From Candidatus Eiseniibacteriota bacterium (GTDB taxonomy: Bacteria > Eisenbacteria > RBG-16-71-46 > CAIMUX01 > VGJL01), in the NCBI GenBank assembly GCA_963792585.1, contig CAWBWI010000003.1, positions 608,001 to 672,000 of the forward strand: a stretch of 64,000 bases of DNA, read 5' to 3'. The first letter of the stretch is position 1, and every line of letters begins with the position of its first letter. Under the pieces are notes generated by a model. That model was given only the letters and a program-made list of their open reading frames with translations, did not search any database and was not told the DNA's origin. This document shows, piece by piece, positions 1-8,583 of the stretch. Position numbers and translations under genes: made by a program.

Positions 1-597
1 ACGGGGATCAAGCTTCACGATGCTCTGTTCTTCGTCGACATGCGCCGGGGCCTGGAATTTGCACGACGGGTCACCGCACTCAATATCAGGTGGGCTGCCA
101 CCATGCACCCGGTCACTCTCTCGAAGATTGACCGGGGCACGCTCTCCGATCTCCGCCGCAGCGGCTTATCGCGTTTGATGGTGGGATTAGAGTCTGGTAA
201 CCAGCAGGTAGTGGATCTGGTGGGCAAACGGTTCAGCGTCCGCGCCATTCCGACCATGGCGAGCAAGCTCCGGGATGCGGACATTATCGGAATGTTCAGC
301 ATGGTGGTCGGCTTTCCCACCGCCGACCCGAGCGAGTACTCCGACACCATCCGGAGCGCTCACGAGATTCACCGGATTTGGGACCGCCATCAGGTCAAGA
401 TCCACTACGCCAGTCCTTGGCCTGGTACTACAATGTGGGAATCTGCTCTCACAGTGCCCGGCTTCACCCCCCCCGCTGACCTCCTCGGATGGGCTAGCTA
501 CGACTACTACCTTGCCCAAATGGTATTCCATGACAGGTCCTGGACAACTGCAATCGACGCTATCAACCGTGCTTACTGTCCTTACTACCATGCGTGA
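1..597 (+). CDS. Radical SAM protein, C-terminal part (B12-binding/class B methyltransferase-like); 5' end lies outside the window
   Basis: Frame is open from base 1. Contains LRRSGLSRLMVGLESGNQQV, FSMVVGFP and PWPGT, typical of the TIM barrel of B12-dependent radical SAM enzymes. The B12 domain and CxxxCxxC motif are not in the window. Confidence 0.75.
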   Translation, partial: TGIKLHDALFFVDMRRGLEFARRVTALNIRWAATMHPVTLSKIDRGTLSDLRRSGLSRLMVGLESGNQQVVDLVGKRFSVRAIPTMASKLRDADIIGMFSMVVGFPTADPSEYSDTIRSAHEIHRIWDRHQVKIHYASPWPGTTMWESALTVPGFTPPADLLGWASYDYYLAQMVFHDRSWTTAIDAINRAYCPYYHA

Positions 598-607
598 GGA
601 GCGCCCC

Positions 608-1720
608 ATGAATGCGACCCATGCACCCCTATCTGACATCCTTCTACGCGCATCCGTTAGTTCCCGATGCAACTTCAACTGCAGTTACTGCCCGAAGGAT
701 GCTACGGCTTCGGGAGGGATGGAGAACTACGCCCCAGATCATCTCGCCGGAAACGCTTTGTCTCCTAACGGCTGCACCGAAGCTCTCCAGCACATCCGCA
801 ATTGTCTCGGTGTAAGAACAGTCAGCTTCACGGGTGGCGAACCAACACTCAACCGTTCCCTTCCTGACCTGTTGGTATCAGCTCGCGCGCTATTCGATCG
901 TGTTGAGATCACAACTAACGGGTCCGACCACGACGACTCCATGGCCACGCGGTTCGCGCGAGTGCCACTAGACCTCGTCAAGATTAGTCTCGATGCTACG
1001 GACCCTACCTCATTCGCCGTGATCACCGGCGTCAACAACCCTGCGGTCTTCCAGGGGGTGATTGAGACGGTACGGACGTTGGCAGCTCGCGGGGTACCGA
1101 TGGCGCTTAATGCCGTCGTGATGCGCAGCACTCTAGCCAGTCTTCGCAAACTGATCGCGTTCGCTCGGATGGTGCCCTGTCCCATCCATCTCCTCGACTA
1201 CGTCTTCTATCCCTCCAAGCGAGACCACTGGGAGACTGAGTTCGTCCCCATGGAATTCCTCGCGAATGTCTTCACCGAGGAGTACGGTCCCCCTAAGACA
1301 GTCACCCGATACGGATGCACATTTTACACCTACAACTTAGAAGACATCTACATCCGCTTCAAGGATTCCATGACGGCGACAACTCGCGCTCCGGCTTGTA
1401 GCCGCTGTATGGAGTACTGCCAAGAAGGCCCCTACGGCCTAAAGCTAAGCGTCGAAGGCTGGGTCACTGCTTGCCCATCAATCGATCCGAGAAAGGGGGT
1501 CGCCCTGCCAGCGGGCTTGGACAGCAACGACGCTGCGGATCGCCTCGCGACGCTCGTTCCAATGTTCACCAATACAGAAGTAGACACGCGCTCATTCGCG
1601 CACTTTCTTCGCAGGTGGGATCTACATCCTGCGGTCACGAGAGATGAGGTTCGGCGGACTGTCAGGTCTTGTGGACCTGTGACACAGCGCACCACCAAGC
1701 GTTCCGCTGGATGGTCATGA
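608..1720 (+). CDS. MoaA-like radical SAM enzyme with C-terminal Cys cluster (twitch/SPASM-like)
   Basis: RCNFNCSYC, FTGGEP, ITTNG, KISLD and C-terminal CSRC...CQEG...ACP. GAGGAG RBS precedes ATG 608. Confidence 0.85.
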   Translation: MNATHAPLSDILLRASVSSRCNFNCSYCPKDATASGGMENYAPDHLAGNALSPNGCTEALQHIRNCLGVRTVSFTGGEPTLNRSLPDLLVSARALFDRVEITTNGSDHDDSMATRFARVPLDLVKISLDATDPTSFAVITGVNNPAVFQGVIETVRTLAARGVPMALNAVVMRSTLASLRKLIAFARMVPCPIHLLDYVFYPSKRDHWETEFVPMEFLANVFTEEYGPPKTVTRYGCTFYTYNLEDIYIRFKDSMTATTRAPACSRCMEYCQEGPYGLKLSVEGWVTACPSIDPRKGVALPAGLDSNDAADRLATLVPMFTNTEVDTRSFAHFLRRWDLHPAVTRDEVRRTVRSCGPVTQRTTKRSAGWS

Positions 1721-3120
1721 CCTCACGTCGGACAATGGAGACGCACGGTATGTTCATAGTCAACCCAACACCCGACAAGCACGAAGAGGAGCTCCTCGAT
1801 CTGGCTGCTCCAATCAGATTCGATCCATACTTTACATTTGGGCGTGGGCCAGCGGTGATGGGGAGGGTTGTCGACCTTAGAGCCTCTCCGGACGGGGCGC
1901 ATCTCGTCCTACGCTCGCCGGACGGCGACCGACGCTTCTTAATCCGGTTCCCCGATACGCCGGGAGTCGCCGAGGTACGACCAGGAGACCACATCGCACT
2001 CGTAGTCGAATCTACCTCCATAACCGCGTTCGCGATACTCAGTCGAGCGGAACGTGCCACCCCGGACGCTGCGGATTGGGGCTCTCCAGAGAACGAGACC
2101 ACCCGCTTGCGACAGCGTGAGGTCGACTTGTTGGTCCGGCCTTCCGCCCGCCGCATGGTCGAACAACGCAGCGCGATTCTCTTCGGAATTCGCCAACACC
2201 TACAGCAACTGGGTTTCATTGAACTTGAGCTCCCAGTCTTGAAGCGGCATCCAGACGTGGCTCCAGCGCAGCACTTTGAGGTCGTCGACAACAACGGACG
2301 GCACCTCTATCTTCGCACCACGTTCCCGCCATTCGAGCGCATGTTCGTGTCCCTCGACCGTGCATATACGATCGGACCCAACTTTCGCAACGGGGACTGG
2401 AGCCATAAGAACATACCGGAGTTCACGATGCTGTGCTTGATGATGCGCGGGGCTACGTACCTTGACGCGCACCGTCTTGTCCGCGCGATGATGGCGACGG
2501 TTGTTGCCGACGTAATGGGCACGAGCATTGTTACTTTCCGTGGCCAGCAGTTCAATCTCCGCTCCTGGGAGGAGGTCAGTCTCGTGCAGGAGGTTCGCGC
2601 TCGGCTTGGCGTAGAACTGGCTGAACTGGACGACGACAAAGAGATGACGCGGTTCGCGTCCCGTCATGGGATCACATCTCCAGCTAGCTCGCCAGGTGGA
2701 CATTTGATGCGGGCCGCTCTCTTCGATCGGCTCTTCGAGGCACTGATCGTTCCAGCCTTTCCTGGCCCCACATTCTTCACTGACGTGCCCTGGTATCTGG
2801 CTGGCCCCGCCGAACCGCACCCAAGCATGCCAGGTATCAAGCTCCGTGGAGAGGGTTATGTGGCCGGCATGGAACTCACCAATGCGAAGAACATCCTGAC
2901 CGATCTCGACGCGCTTCGCAGGTGGCACGAGCGCATCGCTCAGGAGAAGCGTAGTGCGGGCTTTAAAGAGGAGTACGCGGCGGTTGATAAGGATTACCTG
3001 CGATCTATTGAGTACGGCCTCCATCCCGGCGCACTGTCCTCGATCGGCATCGATCGTCTCGTCATGTTGGCTCTCGGTGTTGACCATATCTCGGAGGCCG
3101 TCATGTACCCCGTCCCTTGA
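1717..3120 (+). CDS. Class II lysyl-tRNA synthetase-like paralog (LysS/EpmA family), divergent
   Basis: Motif 2 IGPNFRNG..PEFTML and motif 3 SIGIDRLVMLALG, plus DKDYLRSIEYG. ATGA overlap with the upstream gene. Confidence 0.85.
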   Translation: MTSRRTMETHGMFIVNPTPDKHEEELLDLAAPIRFDPYFTFGRGPAVMGRVVDLRASPDGAHLVLRSPDGDRRFLIRFPDTPGVAEVRPGDHIALVVESTSITAFAILSRAERATPDAADWGSPENETTRLRQREVDLLVRPSARRMVEQRSAILFGIRQHLQQLGFIELELPVLKRHPDVAPAQHFEVVDNNGRHLYLRTTFPPFERMFVSLDRAYTIGPNFRNGDWSHKNIPEFTMLCLMMRGATYLDAHRLVRAMMATVVADVMGTSIVTFRGQQFNLRSWEEVSLVQEVRARLGVELAELDDDKEMTRFASRHGITSPASSPGGHLMRAALFDRLFEALIVPAFPGPTFFTDVPWYLAGPAEPHPSMPGIKLRGEGYVAGMELTNAKNILTDLDALRRWHERIAQEKRSAGFKEEYAAVDKDYLRSIEYGLHPGALSSIGIDRLVMLALGVDHISEAVMYPVP

Positions 3121-3155
3121 GCGGCAGCTCACCATTAACGTAAGAAGGAGTACCT

Positions 3156-4121
3156 ATGCTCACACTTCTCCCTAAGCCCCTAACTCCAGGCGACACGGTC
3201 GGAATAGTCTCACCGTCCGGACCTGTTCGTGACCAGCAGCAATTCGAGCGGGGTCTAGCCGTGCTCAGAGAGCGTGGGTACCGGCTGAAGATCGCACCTC
3301 ACGCCCTAGGGCGCACATTCCATATGTCGGCCGCTGGATCAGACAAAGCCGCCGACCTCATTGCGATGTTCACTGATCCTGAAGTGACGGCGATCTTCCC
3401 TAGTGTAGGTGGCCACACGGCCAACCAGGTTCTCGAGCAATTGGATTACCATTCAATCGCACTGCACCCGAAGCTTCTACTCGGCTTCAGTGACAGTTCC
3501 GTTCTGCTGAATGCCATCTACGCGCGCACCGGACTTGTGTCGATTCATGACAACGCTGATGTCATGTTTGGTCTGGGCCGGTTCGGGGACGAGCGGTTGG
3601 CGACCCGAGGCGAATACACGGCCCGCTACCTCTTTGCGGCCCTTGAGACGCCCTTACCTCTCGGACGGATCGAAGCACTAACGGAGTGGCAGTGTTTGCG
3701 ACCTGGGCGCGGGACTGGCCTCGCCCTCGGAGGCAACCTGTCCACGCTGCGTTCAATTATCGGATCTCCGTTTGAGCCGGACTGGGCCTCGGCCATTCTC
3801 TTCCTGGAGGACAAGGCCGAGCCTCACGTGTGGGATCAGCAGCTCGGCCATTTACGGTTGACGGGCATACTGGCCAAGATAGCGGGACTCGTCGTCGGTA
3901 AGGTGGAGAACAAGCCGGAACAGTTCTACAAGGAGAACTATCAAACCCTCGCCGACATTGTGCTTCGCCACTGCGAAGGCTATGGGTACCCGGTCCTATA
4001 TGGCGCGGATTTCGGCCATGACGTTGAGAACTTCGCGATCCCCATAGGCGTTCGGGCGCAGGTGGATGGCGCTGACAAGTCCGTGACCTTCCTGGGCGCC
4101 GCAACGACCAACCGGATGTAG
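3156..4121 (+). CDS. S66 peptidase (LD-carboxypeptidase / MccF microcin C7 immunity family)
   Basis: GIVSPS, GFSD (catalytic Ser), GGNL, LFLED and DFGH motifs. AAGGAG RBS. Confidence 0.9.
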   Translation: MLTLLPKPLTPGDTVGIVSPSGPVRDQQQFERGLAVLRERGYRLKIAPHALGRTFHMSAAGSDKAADLIAMFTDPEVTAIFPSVGGHTANQVLEQLDYHSIALHPKLLLGFSDSSVLLNAIYARTGLVSIHDNADVMFGLGRFGDERLATRGEYTARYLFAALETPLPLGRIEALTEWQCLRPGRGTGLALGGNLSTLRSIIGSPFEPDWASAILFLEDKAEPHVWDQQLGHLRLTGILAKIAGLVVGKVENKPEQFYKENYQTLADIVLRHCEGYGYPVLYGADFGHDVENFAIPIGVRAQVDGADKSVTFLGAATTNRM

Positions 4122-4125
4122 GGGC

Positions 4126-5352
4126 ATGACACCGCAGCGTCTCGTCATCGGTTTGCCGTCTTTCAATGAAGCCGCCACGATCGGAGCGGTTACCCGCGTA
4201 CTTGACGACGCTGCTTGTAGCCTTACCGGTCTGTGTTGTCTGCTCTGTAATGCGGATAGCGCCTCCGAGGATGGCACGGCCGACGTGTTCCTACGTACCC
4301 CGACAAGGACGCCGAAAGTGTCGCTCGTAACTGGATCCGCCACCGAGAGGGGCAAGGGTCGGAACGTGTTGGCTATTCTCGAACGCGCATCTGGCCTTGA
4401 CGCCGCTTGCGTCTTCTACGATACAGATCTGGTCAGCATCACGCCAGAATGGCTCAAGACGTATGTCGCCGCAATCATCCGCGGATACGACTTCGTCACA
4501 CCGTCGTATCGGCGCGCAAAGCACGCAGCCTCAGTGACAAACACGACACTATACCCCCTCGTTTGCGGCATTCTAGGGGCCGACATTCGGCAGCCGATCG
4601 GGGGCGATTTCGGCCTGTCCAGCGACTTCATCGCTCACGTTCTGAAGAGTCGTAGCGGTCTCGATCCCGCGCTGGACCTTTCCGGCTTCGGTATCGACGC
4701 CTTTCTGACTTGCAGCGCTCTTGAGCGTGACGTGCGTATCTGCGCGGTTCACCTCGGGACTAAGGTACATCGCCCGAAGAATCCCGCTCATGACCTTCTG
4801 CACATCTTTGCCGAAGAGGTGTTGACTACCTTCGCATTCATTCTGCGATACGCCGAGGGCCCGACGGCGCAAAGAACAATTCCCGTCCTTGGGCAGGCGG
4901 GGGAGGGGGACCTTCCTCACCCAGGCGTGGACTGCGGAGAGCTGAGCCTGGCAGCAACGCGTCTTTACGCAGCGCAGGAAAGCGAGATCACTGCATGGCT
5001 CCCTGTTGATGCCTTTCCAGACGTACATAACACACTTCGCACGTCCTTGCGGCCGCGTCTGTCCAATGGCCTATGGTGCGACATTCTTGTAGAAGCGCTG
5101 GTCGCGTTTGCCCGCGCTAGAGCAGTCGAATCCGTCGAGACGCGGCGAGTGAGCTATCGGAGACTTGGATCCAACTTGTATCCTCTCTATCTTGCCAGGT
5201 TGGTCGATCTCGTGGAGGAGACCAGAGACCTGCCCGATGACCTTGCAGAGGACGTGTTTCTATCTTATCCCACAGCGCTCCAACAGAGAAGCGGCCACCT
5301 TATTCGTAAACTGACGCAATGCCTATCCACAGCGCCCACGCTGGTCCGATAA
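4126..5352 (+). CDS. Family 2 glycosyltransferase (mannosyl/glucosylglycerate synthase-like)
   Basis: IGLPSFNEAATI, GKGRN, DxD (YDTDL), IRQPIGGDFGLS and FGIDAFLT motifs. Confidence 0.85.
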   Translation: MTPQRLVIGLPSFNEAATIGAVTRVLDDAACSLTGLCCLLCNADSASEDGTADVFLRTPTRTPKVSLVTGSATERGKGRNVLAILERASGLDAACVFYDTDLVSITPEWLKTYVAAIIRGYDFVTPSYRRAKHAASVTNTTLYPLVCGILGADIRQPIGGDFGLSSDFIAHVLKSRSGLDPALDLSGFGIDAFLTCSALERDVRICAVHLGTKVHRPKNPAHDLLHIFAEEVLTTFAFILRYAEGPTAQRTIPVLGQAGEGDLPHPGVDCGELSLAATRLYAAQESEITAWLPVDAFPDVHNTLRTSLRPRLSNGLWCDILVEALVAFARARAVESVETRRVSYRRLGSNLYPLYLARLVDLVEETRDLPDDLAEDVFLSYPTALQQRSGHLIRKLTQCLSTAPTLVR

Positions 5353-5370
5353 CGCAGCAGGAGGAGTCGA

Positions 5371-5460
5371 ATGTCCGTGGATCGGATACCCAACCAAACG
5401 CGATATGCAGTCAGAGGCGCTCCTTCCATGGAGCGGTCTGTGTCGCGAGGGAGGGAATGA
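5371..5460 (+). CDS. Candidate 29-aa small ORF (MSVDRIPNQTRYAVRGAPSMERSVSRGRE)
   Basis: Strong CAGGAGGAG RBS before ATG 5371. Its TGA overlaps the next ATG (ATGA). Below the ORF-track length cutoff. Confidence 0.4.
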   Translation: MSVDRIPNQTRYAVRGAPSMERSVSRGRE

Positions 5461-6764
5461 CGATGATTCTTGTAATCGGCGCTTCTGGCTTCCTGGGTAG
5501 CCGCCTCATTGCGGCACTGTCGCGGGAAGGGCCGGCCGTCGGTACATGCTGCAATGACAGGCTTCGCGACATGCTGGACTGCGATCTGCGCGTCGATTCG
5601 GCGCTGGACCGAGTGTTGTCCATGGCCGCGGGCAAGGTCGTTTACTTCTGCGCCAACGTTGGTGGCCGCCAGACTGCTGCAAGTGCTCCGGCCGACGCCT
5701 ATCGTGTGAACGCCTACGCACCGAGTCGCATCGCTGCAGTGGCAGCTCAGTTCGTTTACTTCTCGACGGACTACGTGTTCGACCGGCCCGGCATGGCTAC
5801 GGAAGAATCGGCGCCGAGCCCTGATTCGATGTACGCAAGGTCCAAGGCGGACGGCGAGCGTGCCGTTCTTGCGGCTTCCGATACCGTACTGGTAGTCAGG
5901 ATATCGGGTCTGTTCGATGCGCGGGGCACACGAAACGTGCAGTTTGCAGACGCAACAGCTGTTCGGCCTCCCGACAACCGAATGAGCAACCCGACCTTCG
6001 TTCCCGATTTGCTCTCGGTCGTCCGCCTATGGCAGTTGGCCGGCATACGTGGTATTCGTCATGCCTGCGGTCCAGATACGCTTTCCGAATATGAGTTCCA
6101 TCAACTCGCAAGCTTGCGCTGGGGTTACGACGTCCATCCATCACTCTCCTCATCGCCCCGATTCGGAACGCGCTTAGTGTCCTCGTCGCCCGGTGCCATT
6201 CGAAGTCCTTCAGAAGTGTTTATTGATGAACGCTCGCAGGCCTCGTGTGAGATGTGCGGTGACCAGGTGCTCGTTGCTGACACCGTGGGAGTCGTTCTTT
6301 CCGGAAGGAGATGGAAGGAGACCGACCCTCGCTTCTGGTTGGACGTCAATTCCGATCCGAGCGCGACCCTTCGTACCTTGGGCCCAGAGCGAGTGGCCGC
6401 TGCCTACTGCCCAAACCCTCGCTTCTGGCGCATGCTTCGTACGCGACCTGCGGCGGTCAGGATGGTCCTGGCAAACAACGGACCCTGGGAGTCGTTTTTC
6501 CTATGGCAGACTAGGTATGGCCTCTCACGCATATTCGAGCTTGTCATAAACTCCGAGCGAGACAAGATAGTTAAGCCGCAGCGGGCGTTTCGGGCCGGAA
6601 TCGACGCATTTGCAGGTGGACGGTCAATCCATCTGATCGATGACCATTGCGACGTCGTGACCGCCGCAACGAACTGGGGATGGATCGCCAACCAGACGAC
6701 TCTCGTTTCTACGTGGCCCATCGAGGAGTACAGCTACCCGGGAATGGAGGCTATATGGGCATAA
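5457..6764 (+). CDS. RmlD-like sugar-nucleotide reductase (extended SDR) fused to a degenerate HAD-like domain
   Basis: GASGFLG, FSTDYVFD, YARSK and NPTFVPDL in the N-terminal part. C-terminal ADTVGVVL, LANN, KP and LIDD..DV resemble the HAD motifs. Confidence 0.75.
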   Translation: MTMILVIGASGFLGSRLIAALSREGPAVGTCCNDRLRDMLDCDLRVDSALDRVLSMAAGKVVYFCANVGGRQTAASAPADAYRVNAYAPSRIAAVAAQFVYFSTDYVFDRPGMATEESAPSPDSMYARSKADGERAVLAASDTVLVVRISGLFDARGTRNVQFADATAVRPPDNRMSNPTFVPDLLSVVRLWQLAGIRGIRHACGPDTLSEYEFHQLASLRWGYDVHPSLSSSPRFGTRLVSSSPGAIRSPSEVFIDERSQASCEMCGDQVLVADTVGVVLSGRRWKETDPRFWLDVNSDPSATLRTLGPERVAAAYCPNPRFWRMLRTRPAAVRMVLANNGPWESFFLWQTRYGLSRIFELVINSERDKIVKPQRAFRAGIDAFAGGRSIHLIDDHCDVVTAATNWGWIANQTTLVSTWPIEEYSYPGMEAIWA

Positions 6765-7762
6765 CGAACGTGAGAACCGGTACGCGCGCCATTCCCCTGT
6801 CACCGATCAGCCGGCAGATACACACCGTCAACGGGCCGTTCGCCCCCCGAACGACGCTGATCAAGCCATCCCATTTCCCGAGTCCTTATGATCGCTTCCG
6901 GACCGGTGAGTATCTATTCATGACTCGGATCGCCGGATACCAGATTGGCGGATCCGCGCGGTACAGAGAAGGTAAAAATCGTGTCCTCGTAACTCTATAC
7001 GCACCGCGTCAGCAGTCTAGTCCGGGAAACCTCGGTCAGGTCCAGCAGGAAGTCGCCCGACGTTTGGGCCTGCATGACGACCTGAGCGGCTACGAACGCA
7101 TCTGGGCAGGAGACCCCATTCTACGTTCCCTACCGTCGGAAATGATGGGCGCCCGGCCGTCTAGTCCATTTGCGCTCTATGAGTTTCTGGTGATTTGCAC
7201 GCTGCTGCAGAACACGGTGGTACGTCGGACAGTTCAGATGGCCAATGCACTCGCGGAATACCTCGGGGGTCTCTTCCAGTTCCCGGATGGCACGACGCTC
7301 CGTGGGTTCTGGGAACCTGGTGCGTTGGTGAGTGTCGGCGAGTCGCGCCTTCGTGAGTTGCGTCTCGGATACCGGGCGAAGACCTTAGTCCGCTTCTCCG
7401 AGCAGTTCTCTAACCAACCAACACTCGAAGCGGACCTGCTTGGCCTTGCGGGACATCCTGATAGTCTTCGCGACGCCATCGATGACATATATGGTGTTGG
7501 ACCGGCCTCCGCAAACTACGTTCTTTTCGAGTGGTTCAAGTGCACCGGGGCGCTGTTTACACTGTCGCCTTGGGAAGCCAGGATCTTGTCTCGCCTGCTG
7601 TTCAAACGGGATGATGTCGTTGCGTCCCGAACGATGGCGTTCTGCCAGCGGCGGTGGGCACCGCACGCGATGCTTGCCGTTCACGCGGTCTTTGAGACGG
7701 CGTTTTGGGCGCGCGCACGAGGAGAGGGACCGGAGTGGCTCAATGAACTCATTCGGCTCTAA
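6755..7762 (+). CDS. HhH-GPD superfamily DNA glycosylase-like protein (AlkA/OGG-like)
   Basis: LLQNT, LRLGYRAKTL and HhH motif IYGVGPASANYVL. GGAGG RBS before ATG 6755. Confidence 0.75.
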   Translation: MGITNVRTGTRAIPLSPISRQIHTVNGPFAPRTTLIKPSHFPSPYDRFRTGEYLFMTRIAGYQIGGSARYREGKNRVLVTLYAPRQQSSPGNLGQVQQEVARRLGLHDDLSGYERIWAGDPILRSLPSEMMGARPSSPFALYEFLVICTLLQNTVVRRTVQMANALAEYLGGLFQFPDGTTLRGFWEPGALVSVGESRLRELRLGYRAKTLVRFSEQFSNQPTLEADLLGLAGHPDSLRDAIDDIYGVGPASANYVLFEWFKCTGALFTLSPWEARILSRLLFKRDDVVASRTMAFCQRRWAPHAMLAVHAVFETAFWARARGEGPEWLNELIRL

Positions 7763-8579
7763 CAACCTTCGGCGGATGCGGACGGCAGTGCGCAACGCGC
7801 TCGCAGCTGGAGGAGCGGAAGAACTCGAGGAGGAAGCTGATGCAATCATGGAGCATATCGCACGTATGGGATTCTTGGCGGAAGAACCGATGAGTGCACT
7901 CTTGAGTTCCTTGGCAGCCGGGGTATCTCCGTACCTGCTAACCGGCAAGTATCGTATTCGGGGGACAGATCATGTGATCCGTGTGGCACCGGGTGTGATG
8001 CCACCAGGTGGCGACACGTCGCATGTCACCGATATCCTCCGCGAATTCGTACGCAGCTCATCTCCGAGGCTGTTGGCGGACATCGGGTGCGGGACCGGAG
8101 TCTTGGGCATTTCGGGTTTGATCGCCGATCAGGGCTGTCTAGCTGTCCTAGTGGACTCAGACTTCACGGCCTGCCGCGCCGCTCACAGTAACCTTAGGTA
8201 CCTTGGGCTCTTGAGCCGTGCGCACGTCGTTTGTGCCACGGGGTTGGAGTCCCTTCGCTCGAACGTACTGGACTTACTGGTCGCCAATTTGCCATTCGTG
8301 CCCACTGCCTTGGTATCCTCCTTGCCGGCACGCTTCGGCCGATACGTCCCTTCTCACGCCGTGGATGGAGGCCCCGATGGACTGGCCCATATACGGCACC
8401 TACTGTCCCAGATCTGTAGGGTGGTTCGACCGGGCGGTAGACTGATCCTCCAAATCGGCACCGGTCAGAAGGGGGCTGTCGCCAACATGCTGGGCAGCTC
8501 GTGGCTGCAAGACCCGGCTTCGACGATCCAGCACGACACCTTGGTGGTGGCACACCGTGTAGGGAATCAGTTCTCATAA
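7743..8579 (+). CDS. HemK/PrmC-like SAM-dependent methyltransferase
   Basis: DIGCGTG, ANLPF (NPPY variant), AVDGGPDGL and RPGG motifs. Confidence 0.8.
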   Translation: MNSFGSNNLRRMRTAVRNALAAGGAEELEEEADAIMEHIARMGFLAEEPMSALLSSLAAGVSPYLLTGKYRIRGTDHVIRVAPGVMPPGGDTSHVTDILREFVRSSSPRLLADIGCGTGVLGISGLIADQGCLAVLVDSDFTACRAAHSNLRYLGLLSRAHVVCATGLESLRSNVLDLLVANLPFVPTALVSSLPARFGRYVPSHAVDGGPDGLAHIRHLLSQICRVVRPGGRLILQIGTGQKGAVANMLGSSWLQDPASTIQHDTLVVAHRVGNQFS

Positions 8580-8583
8580 TTCA

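Noticed and set aside
608..1720. Bona fide moaA or viperin call
   Set aside because: No other molybdopterin genes are nearby and there is no C-terminal GG motif. Viperin assignment needs an HMM or phylogeny.
3156..4121. Canonical microcin C cluster
   Set aside because: No ThiF/MccB adenylyltransferase or Asn-terminated precursor is visible in the window.
7743..8579. Housekeeping prmC
   Set aside because: No adjacent prfA, NPPY is altered to NLPF, and the gene is embedded in an accessory operon.
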